Below are positions 9,701 through 20,268 of a stretch of DNA of 64,000 nt, in pieces. The stretch's first letter is position 1. Each line of letters starts with the position of its first letter. The stretch lies in assembly GCF_964355755.1 (NCBI RefSeq), contig NC_092672.1, positions 17,125,237-17,189,236 on the forward strand, given 5' to 3'. The notes beneath the pieces were generated by a model that saw nothing but the letters and a program-made list of their open reading frames with translations, was not told where the DNA came from and did no database searches. Source of the DNA: Antedon mediterranea (lineage: Eukaryota > Animalia > Echinodermata). The position numbers were made by a program, and so were the translations under genes.

Positions 9701-11803
9701 CGACATGTTGACGATTTGGCGTCGCAACTTGATGCCGAAAAAATAAACTCTGCTTCGTTAAAACATGATGCAGAGAACATGTTAAAATCTCGAGAGCAGG
9801 CGTATTTGACCGATCTGAGAAAATTGAACAATGAGCTGCAAAACGAGAAGAAAAACGTACAGAAACTCGGTCGTGACTTGCAACAGACCACCGATTCGGC
9901 GCATCTGCAAAGAGAACAACTCAACAATAAACTGATGAACGCAAACACGACGTTCACCATCAAGCTGGACGAAATGAGAAGGGAGATTGAAGAACAGGAC
10001 AAGAGGCAAAACTCGGTTCAACACGAAAAGAATCTAGATACGGTTCAACACGAAAAGAATCTAGATGATTTGAAACAAACTCTTGTCGAGACCGAACAGA
10101 AGGTAGCGCAACTGAAACGAGATGGCGACGAAAAAATAGATGAATGGAAGAAACGTGTTGAAGAAGTGAAGATGGAGCGTGACAAAGCAGCTCAACATCG
10201 TGTCCTGTTGGAAAGACAGGTTCGAGAGTTGACGAGCAAAGCTGCAGAGGACAATTTCACTCGAAAACGTTTAGAAGAGCGACTGAAAAAGTCAATCGAG
10301 ACACACGCCGAGTACGTGTCGGAAGCTAAACAGAGCACGAAGAAAGAGACTGAAAAGAAGATGCTCGACATGTTGACACAGGCCGAGAAACAGCACACGC
10401 GGGAACGTGACGAGGAACGTGATCGACTCGAAAAACAACTGAAATCTGAAGTAACTAAACTAGGACAAAAACACGACGCAGAGATGAAACGTGTCGCGAA
10501 AGAACACAGCACTGCTATACAGCGACAGTTGACGTCGGCAGCGAACGCGTCGAGCAATCACAAAACAGAATTGAAGTCGACAATACGTGATCTAGAAGAA
10601 GCGCGAAAAGCTCGTGACTCGTTGTGTACGCAAAACGCTAAACTTCAAGAGAAGTTTACTGCCAAGGAAAAAAGTTTAGCTGAAACACATCGGTTATCCG
10701 ACGACAAGAATAAAGAAATATCCTCTCTTGCCGCTCAGGTAATTATTTTAAAAAATCACAGCTTGACTGCACAAAAGCGCATCGAAAGTCTCGAAAAGGA
10801 ATTGGAACATTCGCAGCGAAAAGTATCCGAATCCTATCTGAAACTGTCTGAATTCATAAAGAATCAAAGCGACGGAGGCGGTGGAGGAGGAGGAGATGGT
10901 GGATCTGATGTGTTACATGAAAGAATGAAAGATATCGAAGCGTCATTGGAGCAAGAAAAGCGCCAAAATCTATATAAAGATGGACAGATTGCACATTTGA
11001 AGTCTGATGTTAAATTTTTAACTAGTAAAGTTGAAACTGCAAACAGCGAACGAGAACGACAGGTTGCAAACTTACAACGGAAACTTTTCAATAAAAAACG
11101 TACGTCGCATTCGTTATATACGTTACATCATGATGAAGATGAAGAGGATAAAGTGGAGGAGGAAGAGATATACGATGAAGCTGAGTACAATCATGACTAT
11201 TACGGTGATGAACATGATGATGATAATGAGCATAATGGTGGCAATGAGGATGATGATGAATACAAAATACAATTTGTTGTCGATTACAGTCCAAGTAATA
11301 CGTCCTATCATCAGTTATTCGGAACCGGAGAGTTTACTTTCAACGAAGTGATTAATCAAGCAAGACATTACATCAATTCCACCGATGATGAAGATGTATC
11401 AACAGTAGAAGCAGCAGCAAAATTGACCGACAGATGTGGCTCGACATATTTTGCGCCTATGGTCGTACGCAAAGGCAATGTAACCGAAGGCGATAGAACT
11501 GTAATGAAAGTGATTTCGTTCATGGGAAAAATACCGGGCGTGACATTGGTAAAACCGAGTCAAAGTAGCGTTCCTATTTGTTTTCTTGCGTCAGACAATT
11601 CGTGCAAGTATCGCCGTAGAGGTGATGCACGATACGTAATTTTTGGCAAGGATATGCGTATAGATTGGTCGGAGAAAGATTGGTATGTACAATTGGTCGG
11701 ACGTATTCTCGAAAACAATCTTAGACACAATCCAAAGGTAATCACTGCAGCACCATGTTTGACCCAACAGACGATCCAGTTACCAGCTCCGATAACTTTC
11801 TAA
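6737..11803 (+). CDS. Large coiled-coil protein (tegument-like), 1688 aa
   Basis: Long intact ORF; E/K/Q/L-rich heptad region at about aa 790-1450; internal repeats; acidic tracts; inside terminase intron 1. Confidence 0.75.
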   Translation: MVNSKTIIIIIMYTSSQTETLMDTTAVRQRPTKRKGRDDNKEVGKQSKKMTPYLGRVLDELADPTLTTTTLMRMVSTAYRSGYPPDGSMLGLKAQLLRMDGFSKQFSNAFVSGRIVVVDAKNLKSLYESLCEIIKMIEIITEINKHADMKERTRKLCDSLFLGGSFLNSKQVRVSIVIKDGNLIQQKIHFAKHLKTMTAVPGIHSQSPVIGGGGAGKEKSFLQLGKFQAGNRLTMKDFFLKHYTSTQGNNSSDRDALFNETGLSKDDFERLLKACTHIQNVEIGTTFRLMKYVCALFDKRPNLYMIFACLVLHRIVHHIGDATLLARADMWNLVLGQSEEITNSWNFERIDAEITAAESKWNAAHAPWLTVDSAERPTVEWIRKLAKKIQEDFAPYERNALDIDFDHLFGALVSYIKKHEFLKIRLRDHALVTGTIDELKPFQCERPPFGTPTAQDDMPWRDCCHYEANVCAILLNALCNIPVRSPESTRKISLDTATEGMAMVEQSRFEITQLSYQHLLSLEAKARERAANITTTDSESRMPVMNTESADNMSVVQQQVNTETVDDDDEARTTNASDTLSVLEPLVIMEGMPANTTQDTLLSVLESGTTPAVMNTETADALTTHTDDAISVLESIDIASMPANTTQDTLSVLESGTTPAVMNTETRTHTDDTISVLESIAIASMPVNTAIVHEEEEEEEEEEEKEGDGDDDLPSIGQLLAPYVNTANSILPSTNDDLPILDEDTVQRLREISDDVNAHNSTMHVKLYDIEDWISSQPDSNAESQSQIEVMQWTKAKAEEERRTALNTLETQRVEHEEFKKTMATRNAESTRENEKKTRVSDAKIKELETKLDKTEGELRNSKRLVDEMKQQLHDTEMQNVDESDTLKALLNKKTDEARAHELILKRKQSELISSKEHVDEQTSRRIEALTNEVGELRVLNRRLDTANTLSETTYRQRIQQLETDLQTYEEKSRLYQSSVQKNEQLMSRHVDDLASQLDAEKINSASLKHDAENMLKSREQAYLTDLRKLNNELQNEKKNVQKLGRDLQQTTDSAHLQREQLNNKLMNANTTFTIKLDEMRREIEEQDKRQNSVQHEKNLDTVQHEKNLDDLKQTLVETEQKVAQLKRDGDEKIDEWKKRVEEVKMERDKAAQHRVLLERQVRELTSKAAEDNFTRKRLEERLKKSIETHAEYVSEAKQSTKKETEKKMLDMLTQAEKQHTRERDEERDRLEKQLKSEVTKLGQKHDAEMKRVAKEHSTAIQRQLTSAANASSNHKTELKSTIRDLEEARKARDSLCTQNAKLQEKFTAKEKSLAETHRLSDDKNKEISSLAAQVIILKNHSLTAQKRIESLEKELEHSQRKVSESYLKLSEFIKNQSDGGGGGGGDGGSDVLHERMKDIEASLEQEKRQNLYKDGQIAHLKSDVKFLTSKVETANSERERQVANLQRKLFNKKRTSHSLYTLHHDEDEEDKVEEEEIYDEAEYNHDYYGDEHDDDNEHNGGNEDDDEYKIQFVVDYSPSNTSYHQLFGTGEFTFNEVINQARHYINSTDDEDVSTVEAAAKLTDRCGSTYFAPMVVRKGNVTEGDRTVMKVISFMGKIPGVTLVKPSQSSVPICFLASDNSCKYRRRGDARYVIFGKDMRIDWSEKDWYVQLVGRILENNLRHNPKVITAAPCLTQQTIQLPAPITF
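8368..8810 (+). repeat. In-frame internal repeats in the 1688-aa protein
   Basis: MPANTTQDTL(L)SVLESGTTPAVMNTET occurs twice, and SVLE(S/P) five times. Confidence 0.85.
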
Positions 11804-11913
11804 TCCTAATCAATCTTCTCTTGACCAATCTAATAGCGAATACTCGTCGACATGAGCAGAAGAAGGAGAAGAAGGAAGAGGAGAGACAACTGATTACCTC
11901 CATATTTTAGATT

Positions 11914-12506
11914 ATGTCGTTTGATTTATGGAAAAGTTTAGAGTCACGCGTTGAACGTAGATGGATAGAATGGTCTCATCATCATCATCATCATCATCAC
12001 GACGACGACGACGAAGAAGAAGAAGAAGACAACGCTTACTTGAAAGAATTGTTGAAGGAATTCAAAGGAAATTTGGAGAGTATATGTACCAAAAAAGGCG
12101 ATGAACAAGATGTTCTCTATTACGCACGATGCATTGCGCTCATCGAACGTCTCTTGTTCGACACAACCACGATAACGTCCGAGTGTTGTACAATGGCCGA
12201 CATGGACAGTATATTGAAACGCAATGTTCTCTTTGCCTGGACCAATGTGCACTCTTTCAAAATTCTCGAAAGATTATCAACAATTTGGAGATTTGTGACT
12301 GTAATGGGAACCGTACCGGCAATGCCGATCGGATGCTGTCCCATTGTCGGCTACAAATGTTTTTGGTGTAGAATTAAAGATGAAAACCTTACAGATGAGT
12401 GTCATCATCTTGTCACTACCGTATTCAGCGAAACAACAGAACAAACAGCAAAAAAAGAAGAGACATCACTCGTTGTATTTCCACTTCCAGCATCATCATC
12501 ACCGCC

Positions 12507-12559
<53 letters not shown>

Positions 12560-13401
12560 TATCAACATCAAATTATTACGATGAGTTTGGTTTTGCCAAA
12601 CGCATCGATAAACGAGTCAAGAATGCCGTTGAAAAACTTAGAATTGAAATCGAGAAAGAAATTCGATATGTAGAATCGTGCGTTAGCTATACGTTGTTGC
12701 CAAAAACAATTAGTCTCGAGTGTACGGCATCGATTGCAAAACTGTTGTGTTTTGCCGAACGCCGTCGGTGCATGGCGTCCAAGCAGTACGCGTGTTTCGA
12801 GCATTGTAATCTTGATGTTTGGAGTAGAAACCTGCTCGAGTGTATGTTGGCGAATCCGGACAGACACGATGAACGCAGAGCGGCAACGTGTACATTTTTT
12901 CGTCTCGTTGTCGATCCAAGTACGGTGGTCGATCCGGCAATCATTGGACACGAAACGGCGTTCAGGAAATGGATGGAGGCGTGTGACGTGGACGTGGAAA
13001 GAGTCTGTGACTACGTGAATGGATTGAAAAAAATGACACCGACAACAGAAATAAATAAAAATGATCAAGTTACAAGCATGTACAAATGTTTATTAATTTG
13101 GCACATGTTCTCGTCCATGCCCGTATCGGGAGGTGGTCCGTTAACGATCCATCGATGCGATCTTGACGGAATGCCAAGCGCAGACGGACTTTGTTTTCTT
13201 TACGATGACAGACGTTTTCTTGTTAAACGCGCTGATCGTGTACTCAATTTCACCTATGAACGTGCTGTAGAGTCATGCGTGGCCTGGATACGGTACGGTA
13301 CGCTATCGATGAATTCACCCACTGTGAGGCGTGTACTGTTCCATACTGGCTTCGATGACGATCGACATGATATCCCCAAACATGATGGCCAGACGCGATG
13401 A
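11914..13401 (+). CDS. Hypothetical Cys-rich viral protein, 495 aa
   Basis: Long intact ORF with the same codon style as its neighbours; in-frame poly-H/D/E/P/S tracts. Confidence 0.65.
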
Positions 13402-13716
13402 CATTTGCGACACGATAATGTTCTGCACTCTGTAATCGATTCCCATCATTACCGTCATGCGAAGTAAAGTCTCTGTCATGAACATGAGTCTACCCCGGCC
13501 ACCGCCGTAGTAACTCGAATAGTATCTGATGAGAGGATATTTCAGTCCACTGTAGAACGTTATGGCAAACAGAATTATATTGGACGTCAACAGTTGCTTG
13601 TAGCTTATCTTCTCCTTATCGTACGTATTCCCTTGCCAGTTGTATTTCGACGTAAGACTGTACAGAACAACGACGAATATCGTAAAAGTCACTATTAACG
13701 GCGCAAATGGTTTCAT
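13315..13716 (-). CDS. Small membrane protein
   Basis: 133 aa from an ATG; two or three hydrophobic segments; divergent from the Snf7-like gene. Confidence 0.45.
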   Translation of the reverse strand: MKPFAPLIVTFTIFVVVLYSLTSKYNWQGNTYDKEKISYKQLLTSNIILFAITFYSGLKYPLIRYYSSYYGGGRGRLMFMTETLLRMTVMMGIDYRVQNIIVSQMSSRLAIMFGDIMSIVIEASMEQYTPHSG

Positions 13717-13753
13717 TGTGCGCTATACTGCCTTATTGCATCAGCACGCAAAC

Positions 13754-14326
13754 ATGTTTGGTAAAAGAAAAAGAAGAGGCGAAGCCATTGAACAAAAACG
13801 AGTAGAATCTATGCGCAACATTGCCGCCATGCAACACACATTCGACGAAAAGACGATGCAAATGCAAGAAAGTATACAGTCAGGTTTGAAGAATGGAATT
13901 GATGCGAAAATGCTGTCGTCGTTGATCAGACGAAAGTCGAATTATGAACGAATGTTGACCACGTCTCAGAACGCCATGTTAAAGTTGGAGAAAGATGCAC
14001 TTTCGTCTAAATTACGAACGTTTGACAGGCTGCAATACGATCGACTCAAGGAGGAAGATTACTCTCTCAGAAAATCAGAGAAGAGCATGAATCCCAATAG
14101 GATATGTTCACTTTTAGGAAGCGTTAACAACAGACGACTTAGACACAATACTGCAATGGATTCAATTCGAGGATTGTTGGACGATGATGATGATGATGAT
14201 AGCAGCGATGAGGACGAATTGAATGATGATGACAATACATTGGCACGTGAGCTCGTCGACCGAGAGATTTGTAATAAACTTGTCAACTTGCCCGAACCAC
14301 CTAATCGCTCAAAAGTACCTTCTTGA
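13754..14326 (+). CDS. Snf7/CHMP4-like ESCRT-III protein
   Basis: 190 aa; basic N-half and acidic C-half; MFGKRK start, LIRRKSNYERML...LKLE, SMNPNRICSLL, DEDEL..LAREL and a C-terminal LPEPP, colinear with the Snf7 family pattern. Confidence 0.65.
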   Translation: MFGKRKRRGEAIEQKRVESMRNIAAMQHTFDEKTMQMQESIQSGLKNGIDAKMLSSLIRRKSNYERMLTTSQNAMLKLEKDALSSKLRTFDRLQYDRLKEEDYSLRKSEKSMNPNRICSLLGSVNNRRLRHNTAMDSIRGLLDDDDDDDSSDEDELNDDDNTLARELVDREICNKLVNLPEPPNRSKVPS

Positions 14327-14347
14327 TAATAATAAAAAAAAAAATAT

Positions 14348-15451
14348 CTAAAGAACAAATTTGTCTTCTTCTTCTTCTTCTTCTTCTTCTTCTTGTATAC
14401 GTTTACACGTTACGCACATTGTTCGAGAAGTTATCTCACTGCAAGTAGGGCACGAACGCATCATTGCCAAATCGGGCTGTTTAACTGTCAATCGTACACC
14501 GGCACCGTCCAACGACAGAGAAGCCAATCTTCTCGAATGACAGTTGTAACAGGTGGGTAAGAGAGAATTCTCGTCGATATACATCCCTTTTGTCGGTGGC
14601 CTGTTCTTCAGATCTACGTAAGTTAAAATTATATAACAGTAGCGACAAAAAACAATCGATTCTGATCCAAATGCCGCTGGATTGTGATCGTAAAAGAATT
14701 CTATCTGAGAGCATCGTTTCTGAACAAACATTATGCTCTTCATCTCGGATAGTTCATCTTTGCTTAATAACGACAGCGCTTGAGTTATGAGCGAAACAGA
14801 GTATTTCTCATTGCGCGTTTTGTTTAAAAGTAGAACGCATTCTACCAGTGCATTTGATCGATTCGGTATGGCAAACATTAGATTGAACGGCCAACTGGAC
14901 TTTGTAAACTCCAAAATTGTTTTCATCATCGGATGCAACGGTTTTCTTTTCACATGATTCAATTGGAACAGAATGCATTTGAGAATGGCCGAATCGTGTA
15001 TTCTGTCGGTTAAGGGCACCACAAATGATGACCGTTTTCGCGTCTGGTGGTGGTGGTGGTGGTGGTGGTGGTTGTTGCGTCGGCGACGACGATCAGCTTG
15101 CATCCATTGCATTAACTCATCAAAATTTGTTATGTAGGCAGCAATGTGTCTGTGATACGGCCGAGCGAGTGTATCGAGAAAATAGTAGACGAACGCCGTT
15201 TTGGGCGTCATGCTATCATCATCATCATCACCACCACCACCACCGATAGATACGGCCGCATCGAAATGACGTCGCTGTTGCTCGTTGCATCGTTCCAGTT
15301 TATTTTTGTACGATGTTTTCGATGCTGTGCCAATGCAGGCGCCTATCAAATTGACAAGTTTCACGTGATGGCTGGTGGTGATGATGGACGTGTTTTTGAA
15401 AATGTACGTTAAACCGGCAAGGAACGTTGGATAGGCCTCGGAGCGACTCAT
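14348..15451 (-). CDS. Zinc-binding protein, UL49/ORF66/VLTF2-like candidate
   Basis: 367 aa; four C-terminal CxxC pairs (CRYC, CYNCHS..L..L.L, CPTC, CVTC); sits in terminase intron 1 on the same strand. Family call is tentative. Confidence 0.5.
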   Translation of the reverse strand: MSRSEAYPTFLAGLTYIFKNTSIITTSHHVKLVNLIGACIGTASKTSYKNKLERCNEQQRRHFDAAVSIGGGGGDDDDDSMTPKTAFVYYFLDTLARPYHRHIAAYITNFDELMQWMQADRRRRRNNHHHHHHHHQTRKRSSFVVPLTDRIHDSAILKCILFQLNHVKRKPLHPMMKTILEFTKSSWPFNLMFAIPNRSNALVECVLLLNKTRNEKYSVSLITQALSLLSKDELSEMKSIMFVQKRCSQIEFFYDHNPAAFGSESIVFCRYCYIILTYVDLKNRPPTKGMYIDENSLLPTCYNCHSRRLASLSLDGAGVRLTVKQPDLAMMRSCPTCSEITSRTMCVTCKRIQEEEEEEEEEDKFVL

Positions 15452-15483
15452 GATGCAAAAAAAATAAAAACAACAATACTCAC

Positions 15484-16179
15484 GTTTGCCGTGTTTGCTT
15501 TGCTTCTAAAGTTTGCCGTCGTGCCCGTAGACTGCAACACTTGTACTCCATCCGGAACACCTTTGAACGTGAACGCGTATCGTCGTTGAGCCATCTCCAA
15601 TAGACGAATGACGTCTTCTCGATTGGTACGCGCGCAGTTCAAATCCTGAGCCCAGTTAACGACGGATATACTATTTTCGTGTACAAGAAGAGATGCCACC
15701 ACAAGTTGACCGGCGCGATTCTTGCCGCTACGTCGAGGCACTCTGACAACCGTAAACTTTCTATTGAATTCGTCTATCTTTCTAGCGGCAGAATGTCGTA
15801 CGGCCGGATGCCATCGAGCCGGTTCGGTCATCGACTGTGCCTCCTCGTCGGACAGTACGCCGAGTATGCAAAGTGATGGAATTCTCAGCTTCGACGCTCG
15901 ATCTCCAAACACTTTGTTGAATCGTCCAGCTATGACAGCGTTACACATTTCCTTCTGAAACGGCTCTAATCGTATGTTACTTTGGCGACACAGAAACTCT
16001 AGAGTTGACTTGACGTTGCTTACGAACGTTAGACATTTTTTGTCCATGTCCGCCGTTGCTGCATTATTGTCGGCAACGCATTCACTCAACGGTTTCAGGA
16101 CGCATAATCCAAACGAATGGCGCTTTCGTTCTTCTATTCTATTGCATATGGTACGCATTTGTCGCTGGTGGGAAATCAT
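15484..16179 (-). CDS. TRM3: Terminase exon 1 (adenine-binding Q motif, Walker A)
   Basis: RLEPFQKE and VVRVPRRSGKN (herpes PRRHGKT); ends ANTAN|gtgagt, a phase-0 donor at 15483. Spliced product is 598 aa from ATG 16179. Confidence 0.9.
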
Positions 16180-16280
16180 CTTCTCTTCCTCTTTTTTTTT
16201 TTCCACGTGGATCACGTCAATGCACGAAAAGAAAAAAGTTATTAACGTTTAAACGACATGTCTTTAACAATTAACAAACG

Positions 16281-17586
16281 ATGATGATGATGTTGTTGTT
16301 TATGTTTCTATTTTTTTTAAATTGCGATGGCAAGGTGATACGTCACGGAAAGCCATACGGTCAACTTGCGAACGGTAACAGAACGCTGATATGTTCAAGC
16401 GAGAGTATGTTTAACATAGAACGAAACGGAGAGTTTGCGTGTCCAAACTCGGAGGGAGAATACGAGGTGCTGGACATGATAACAACCGACAGACAAAGTA
16501 ACGTTACCGTTTTATTTGACGATGAGTCGACGTTCAACGTGGACCTTAACACTAGACTGGAATTTGATTTGTCTGCAAACAAAAGCAAGGTCGACTATCG
16601 ACAGCAGATGTCTGCGTCGTTTTACATTAAATTGAACGAATCGAGAGATGGGCAAATTCTGTACAGCAACAGTGACAAAGATTACATGTTTATACGAATT
16701 TTGGACAGTCGACTGGCTGCCACATTTGATCTTGGCTCGAAACCGTTGACGGTGGTGAGTCGAGAGAACGTTTTAGTTGGAAAATGGTATCATTTCACCG
16801 TTAAACGAGTTGGATCGTGGGCCAGAATCGTAACAAACGGTCTGTTCGGACCTTGGTCGAGTGTACACGGAAACTACACTCGCCTCGACACAAACAATCT
16901 GTACGGCATAGGTGCGTCCGACACGTTCCCATCGGTGAGCGCGTGTCTCGCTTTGTTCCAGTTCAACGGTAAACGCCTCTTACCGCAGAATCTGAAGACG
17001 TGCAAAGTAACTGAGCATCAGCAGCAGCAACGAGAACGTGGCGCTACTGCAACGCAATCTGTTAGCAGGGCAAATTTACTAAAGGGTGAACGTGCATTTC
17101 ACTTATCTTACGCCGTTTCTACTACTTTTCAATGGCCTAGTGACGTCGACTATCAGGACAGAGTGTTCTTATCGTTTTACATAAAACTAAACAAAGACGC
17201 CGATGGACAGATTCTGTACAGCAGTGGCAACGAGGATTATATGTTTTTGGGTATCGTCGACGGTCGATTGAACGCTACATTTAACATGGGTTCTGGATCG
17301 CTGACAGTTGTCAGCGATCATGTGCTCGTTGTCGAAAATTGGTATCATTTCGACGTTTCCAGAATCGGTAATCAGGCTAGAATTGATTCGGATTTCAACG
17401 TCGGTGGCTGGACAAAGCTGAACGATACGATGGGCGGTACCAGCCTCGATTTGAACGGTACATTTCATTTGGGCAGTACCAATAGAACACAGTCGATAAC
17501 CGGTTGCATAGCATCCTTTCAGTTTAATGGATGGTTACTGCAACCCAACACGGTTACAGACTGCACATTCAACAAAAATGATGATG

Positions 17587-17617
<31 letters not shown>

Positions 17618-19481
17618 AAACGCACGGGCAACGACAGCAGATCATACGGTTTCATTGATCGGCGATTGGAAGATGAAGTTGACGAACGATTCTTGTTATG
17701 CATTCGATATCGATCCGTACGACCTGTACACGTTCAATGAAACGGTGAACGTAAAATTCTTGTTGAAACTCACGAAAAAAGAAGACGGACAAATCATGTA
17801 TTCCAACGTGGTGAACAACGCCGAAGCGTTCGGACCGTCCGTCTTGATAGAAGACGGCCATTTAGTCGTAGAGTTGCGTAGCCGCGGCTCTTCGGCAACA
17901 GCAAAGTCGAAAACGGCTCGACTTAGCAGCATCGAAAAACTTGCGATACGAGAATGGTACCAGGTGTTGATAAAACGGAAAGGAAATCAAGTGTACTTGT
18001 CGTTGAATACGGCCTTTGACGAATGGGCACAAGTGACGAAAAGGTTTACGCCCAACGATGTGGTGACAACGCTTAAGGTGGGCGCAAGTGATACTTTAAA
18101 GTCGATTGTAGGTACAGTGACAATGTTGAAAGTAAACAATCTTCAATTACAACCGAGTATAGCCGAAACGTGTACACACGATGATGATGTCGTCGACGAG
18201 GATACGTTCATGACGACACCGTCTGCACCGCCACTCGAGTCTGCATTCAGAATTGACTTGAAAAAGAAATCTTGTCGTTCCTTCACCGTTCCCACTTTGA
18301 ATCGTATAGAAAACACAATGGTCATCGAATTCTACATTAAACTGGATACGGTGGACGAAAAACGACAAATACTACTGTATGAATACAGTGCCGACGTACG
18401 AATGTCAATTGTTGTCGTACCGGGAGGACGATTGAAGTTCAGTTTTGTGTCTTTGTCGCGTATGACTGTCATCAAAAACATCGGACGAATGACGCAGGGT
18501 ACTTGGTATCAATACACTCTCGAATTGGTCATGGGGTTTGTACGCTTGTCTTCAAACTCGAAGGTGGTTAGTCGATGGCAACGGCTACCGTCTGAATTTA
18601 AGTCCCCTTACCGACAGGATGGTGTGTTTATAATTGGCGCAAACAATCGTTTACCGTCGATCGATGGAACTATCGCCGATTTCACCATCAACGGATGGAC
18701 GATGGATTCTTTGAATCTTCGCACTGATTGCAACGACGGCCCGGCCGTCGTTGACAAAATTGAGCCAGAGAATATGATTTTACGCGACGTAGACACCAGG
18801 ATAGACTATCAATTATGGTACGAACCGTCGTCATTGAAAAGTTTCTTTTTGAATCAAACAGACTGCGTCAAGCTTACAACACCGCCGTTGATGATCGATA
18901 AAGCGTCAGTCTCTTTTTACTTTATATCGCTAAGAAATTCCGGCAACATTTTAAGCTATCAGAGTGATACGACAAATTTTAACGCGCGACTCGTTGACAA
19001 TTATCTACACGTTATATTCAAATCACCTTCCGGCCTTCGTGTTCAGATTATAAGCACGCAACAGTACATCACGAATACATGGGCGTATGTTGAAGTTTAC
19101 AGAAATAGACTGTACGTTCGATGTAAGTTCTCCGGTTACATACAAGAAGAAAAGTTACCCACCGACGAGTTCAACACCGTTTCAACTACAAAGAATGCGA
19201 CTACAGTGATTGTCGGAAAGGTAGACGAAGAAAGTAATTCTATAACCGGTGTCATAGCCGCTCTGTACATAAACAAGGCATTATACAAAGTGCAGGATGC
19301 TTATTCGTGCATCATCGACATACCTACCACCACCACCACCACTACAGCAGCAGCAGCAACGAATACCTCTATACACTCGTCTGACCAACTGCGTGGTGCG
19401 TCATCCACCTCCTCCTCCGGTTATAACATTTCATCGAAAATATTATGTTTATCTCTGTTGTTGTTGTTCATATTTCAATAA
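16281..19481 (+). CDS. Secreted, probably GPI-anchored protein with about five laminin-G domains
   Basis: Signal peptide; repeated SFYIKL..DGQILYS..DYMF..I.DGRL.ATF..GS...WYHF...R.G..A...G.S....GC motifs; Thr/Ser stalk and a hydrophobic C-terminal tail with no cytoplasmic domain; intronless. Confidence 0.85.
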
Positions 19482-19582
19482 TAAATATTATGTACAATAT
19501 AATATCTCTCATCGTCGTCGTCATTACTTGCAATGATAACATAGAAACACCAATTTTTTAAACTTTTTTTTTTATTACTATA

Positions 19583-20268
19583 CTACCAACATCGTGATCC
19601 GCCATAGGCAATAATGGCGATAGTTATATACATATCGTTCAACAAATCTCCAATTGAGCCTATCAAATTTACGTTATTTTCTGATATGAAATCTAGATGT
19701 TCCAACTCGATAAAGAGCTCAAACGAATTGTTTATCCGTTTTATGTGTTTTCTTGGCATGTAGCTTTTCAGAAGATTCTTCAATTCATTCACTTGCTCTT
19801 TATCAATATTTGAAGCAATATCAACAAGCATACGTCTAGATGAAAATAGATAAAATAATAATAATAAGATTCTGCTGACCATATTAAAAAAACAAACAAA
19901 AAACAAAAGAAAAAAAAAACCAAATATCAATATTAAACTTACCTATACCGTGAGATGATAGGCATCGCTTTTTTCTGCAAGTATCGTTCTACTCTACACG
20001 CCATTTCAATCTCGCCTATATTACCCAGCAGTTCTTCGAGTAAGTTTAAGTTCATTTTTGATACTTTCTTCATGCCTTCAAGACGAGAAACTAATTCAAT
20101 GAATGAAGAGATTTCATCAAATTCTTCATAGCGAAGACCGATCGTTTTATCGAGACATAAGTATTTGAGTTTACAGACATCAGTTTTTGTCAGTGCACTG
20201 TCTAGTTCGACAATCAATTTGCTATAGGTTGCGTCAGTAAATGTCTTGCTATCGTTACCTGCACCCAT
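19583..20268 (-). CDS. vFLIP: vFLIP-like tandem death-effector-domain protein, two exons (20268-19943, 19835-19583), 192 aa
   Basis: DED1 YSKLIVELDSALTKTDVCKLKYLCLD...LLEELL; donor AG|gtaagt and acceptor catctag|A join ISRYR-RMLVDIAS in frame; DED2 ELKNLL..FELFIELEHLDFISENNV; no caspase domain. Confidence 0.85.

Noticed and set aside
6982-11745. Numerous antisense and alternate-frame ORFs over the long genes
   Set aside because: They are shadow ORFs of real coding sequence, with no motifs.
6737-11803. SMC or myosin ATPase
   Set aside because: No Walker A/B or motor motifs were seen; only a generic coiled coil.
3591-16179. Bacteriophage or prophage terminase
   Set aside because: Spliceosomal GT-AG introns, the herpes-specific junction, polyA signals and metazoan accessory genes argue against it.
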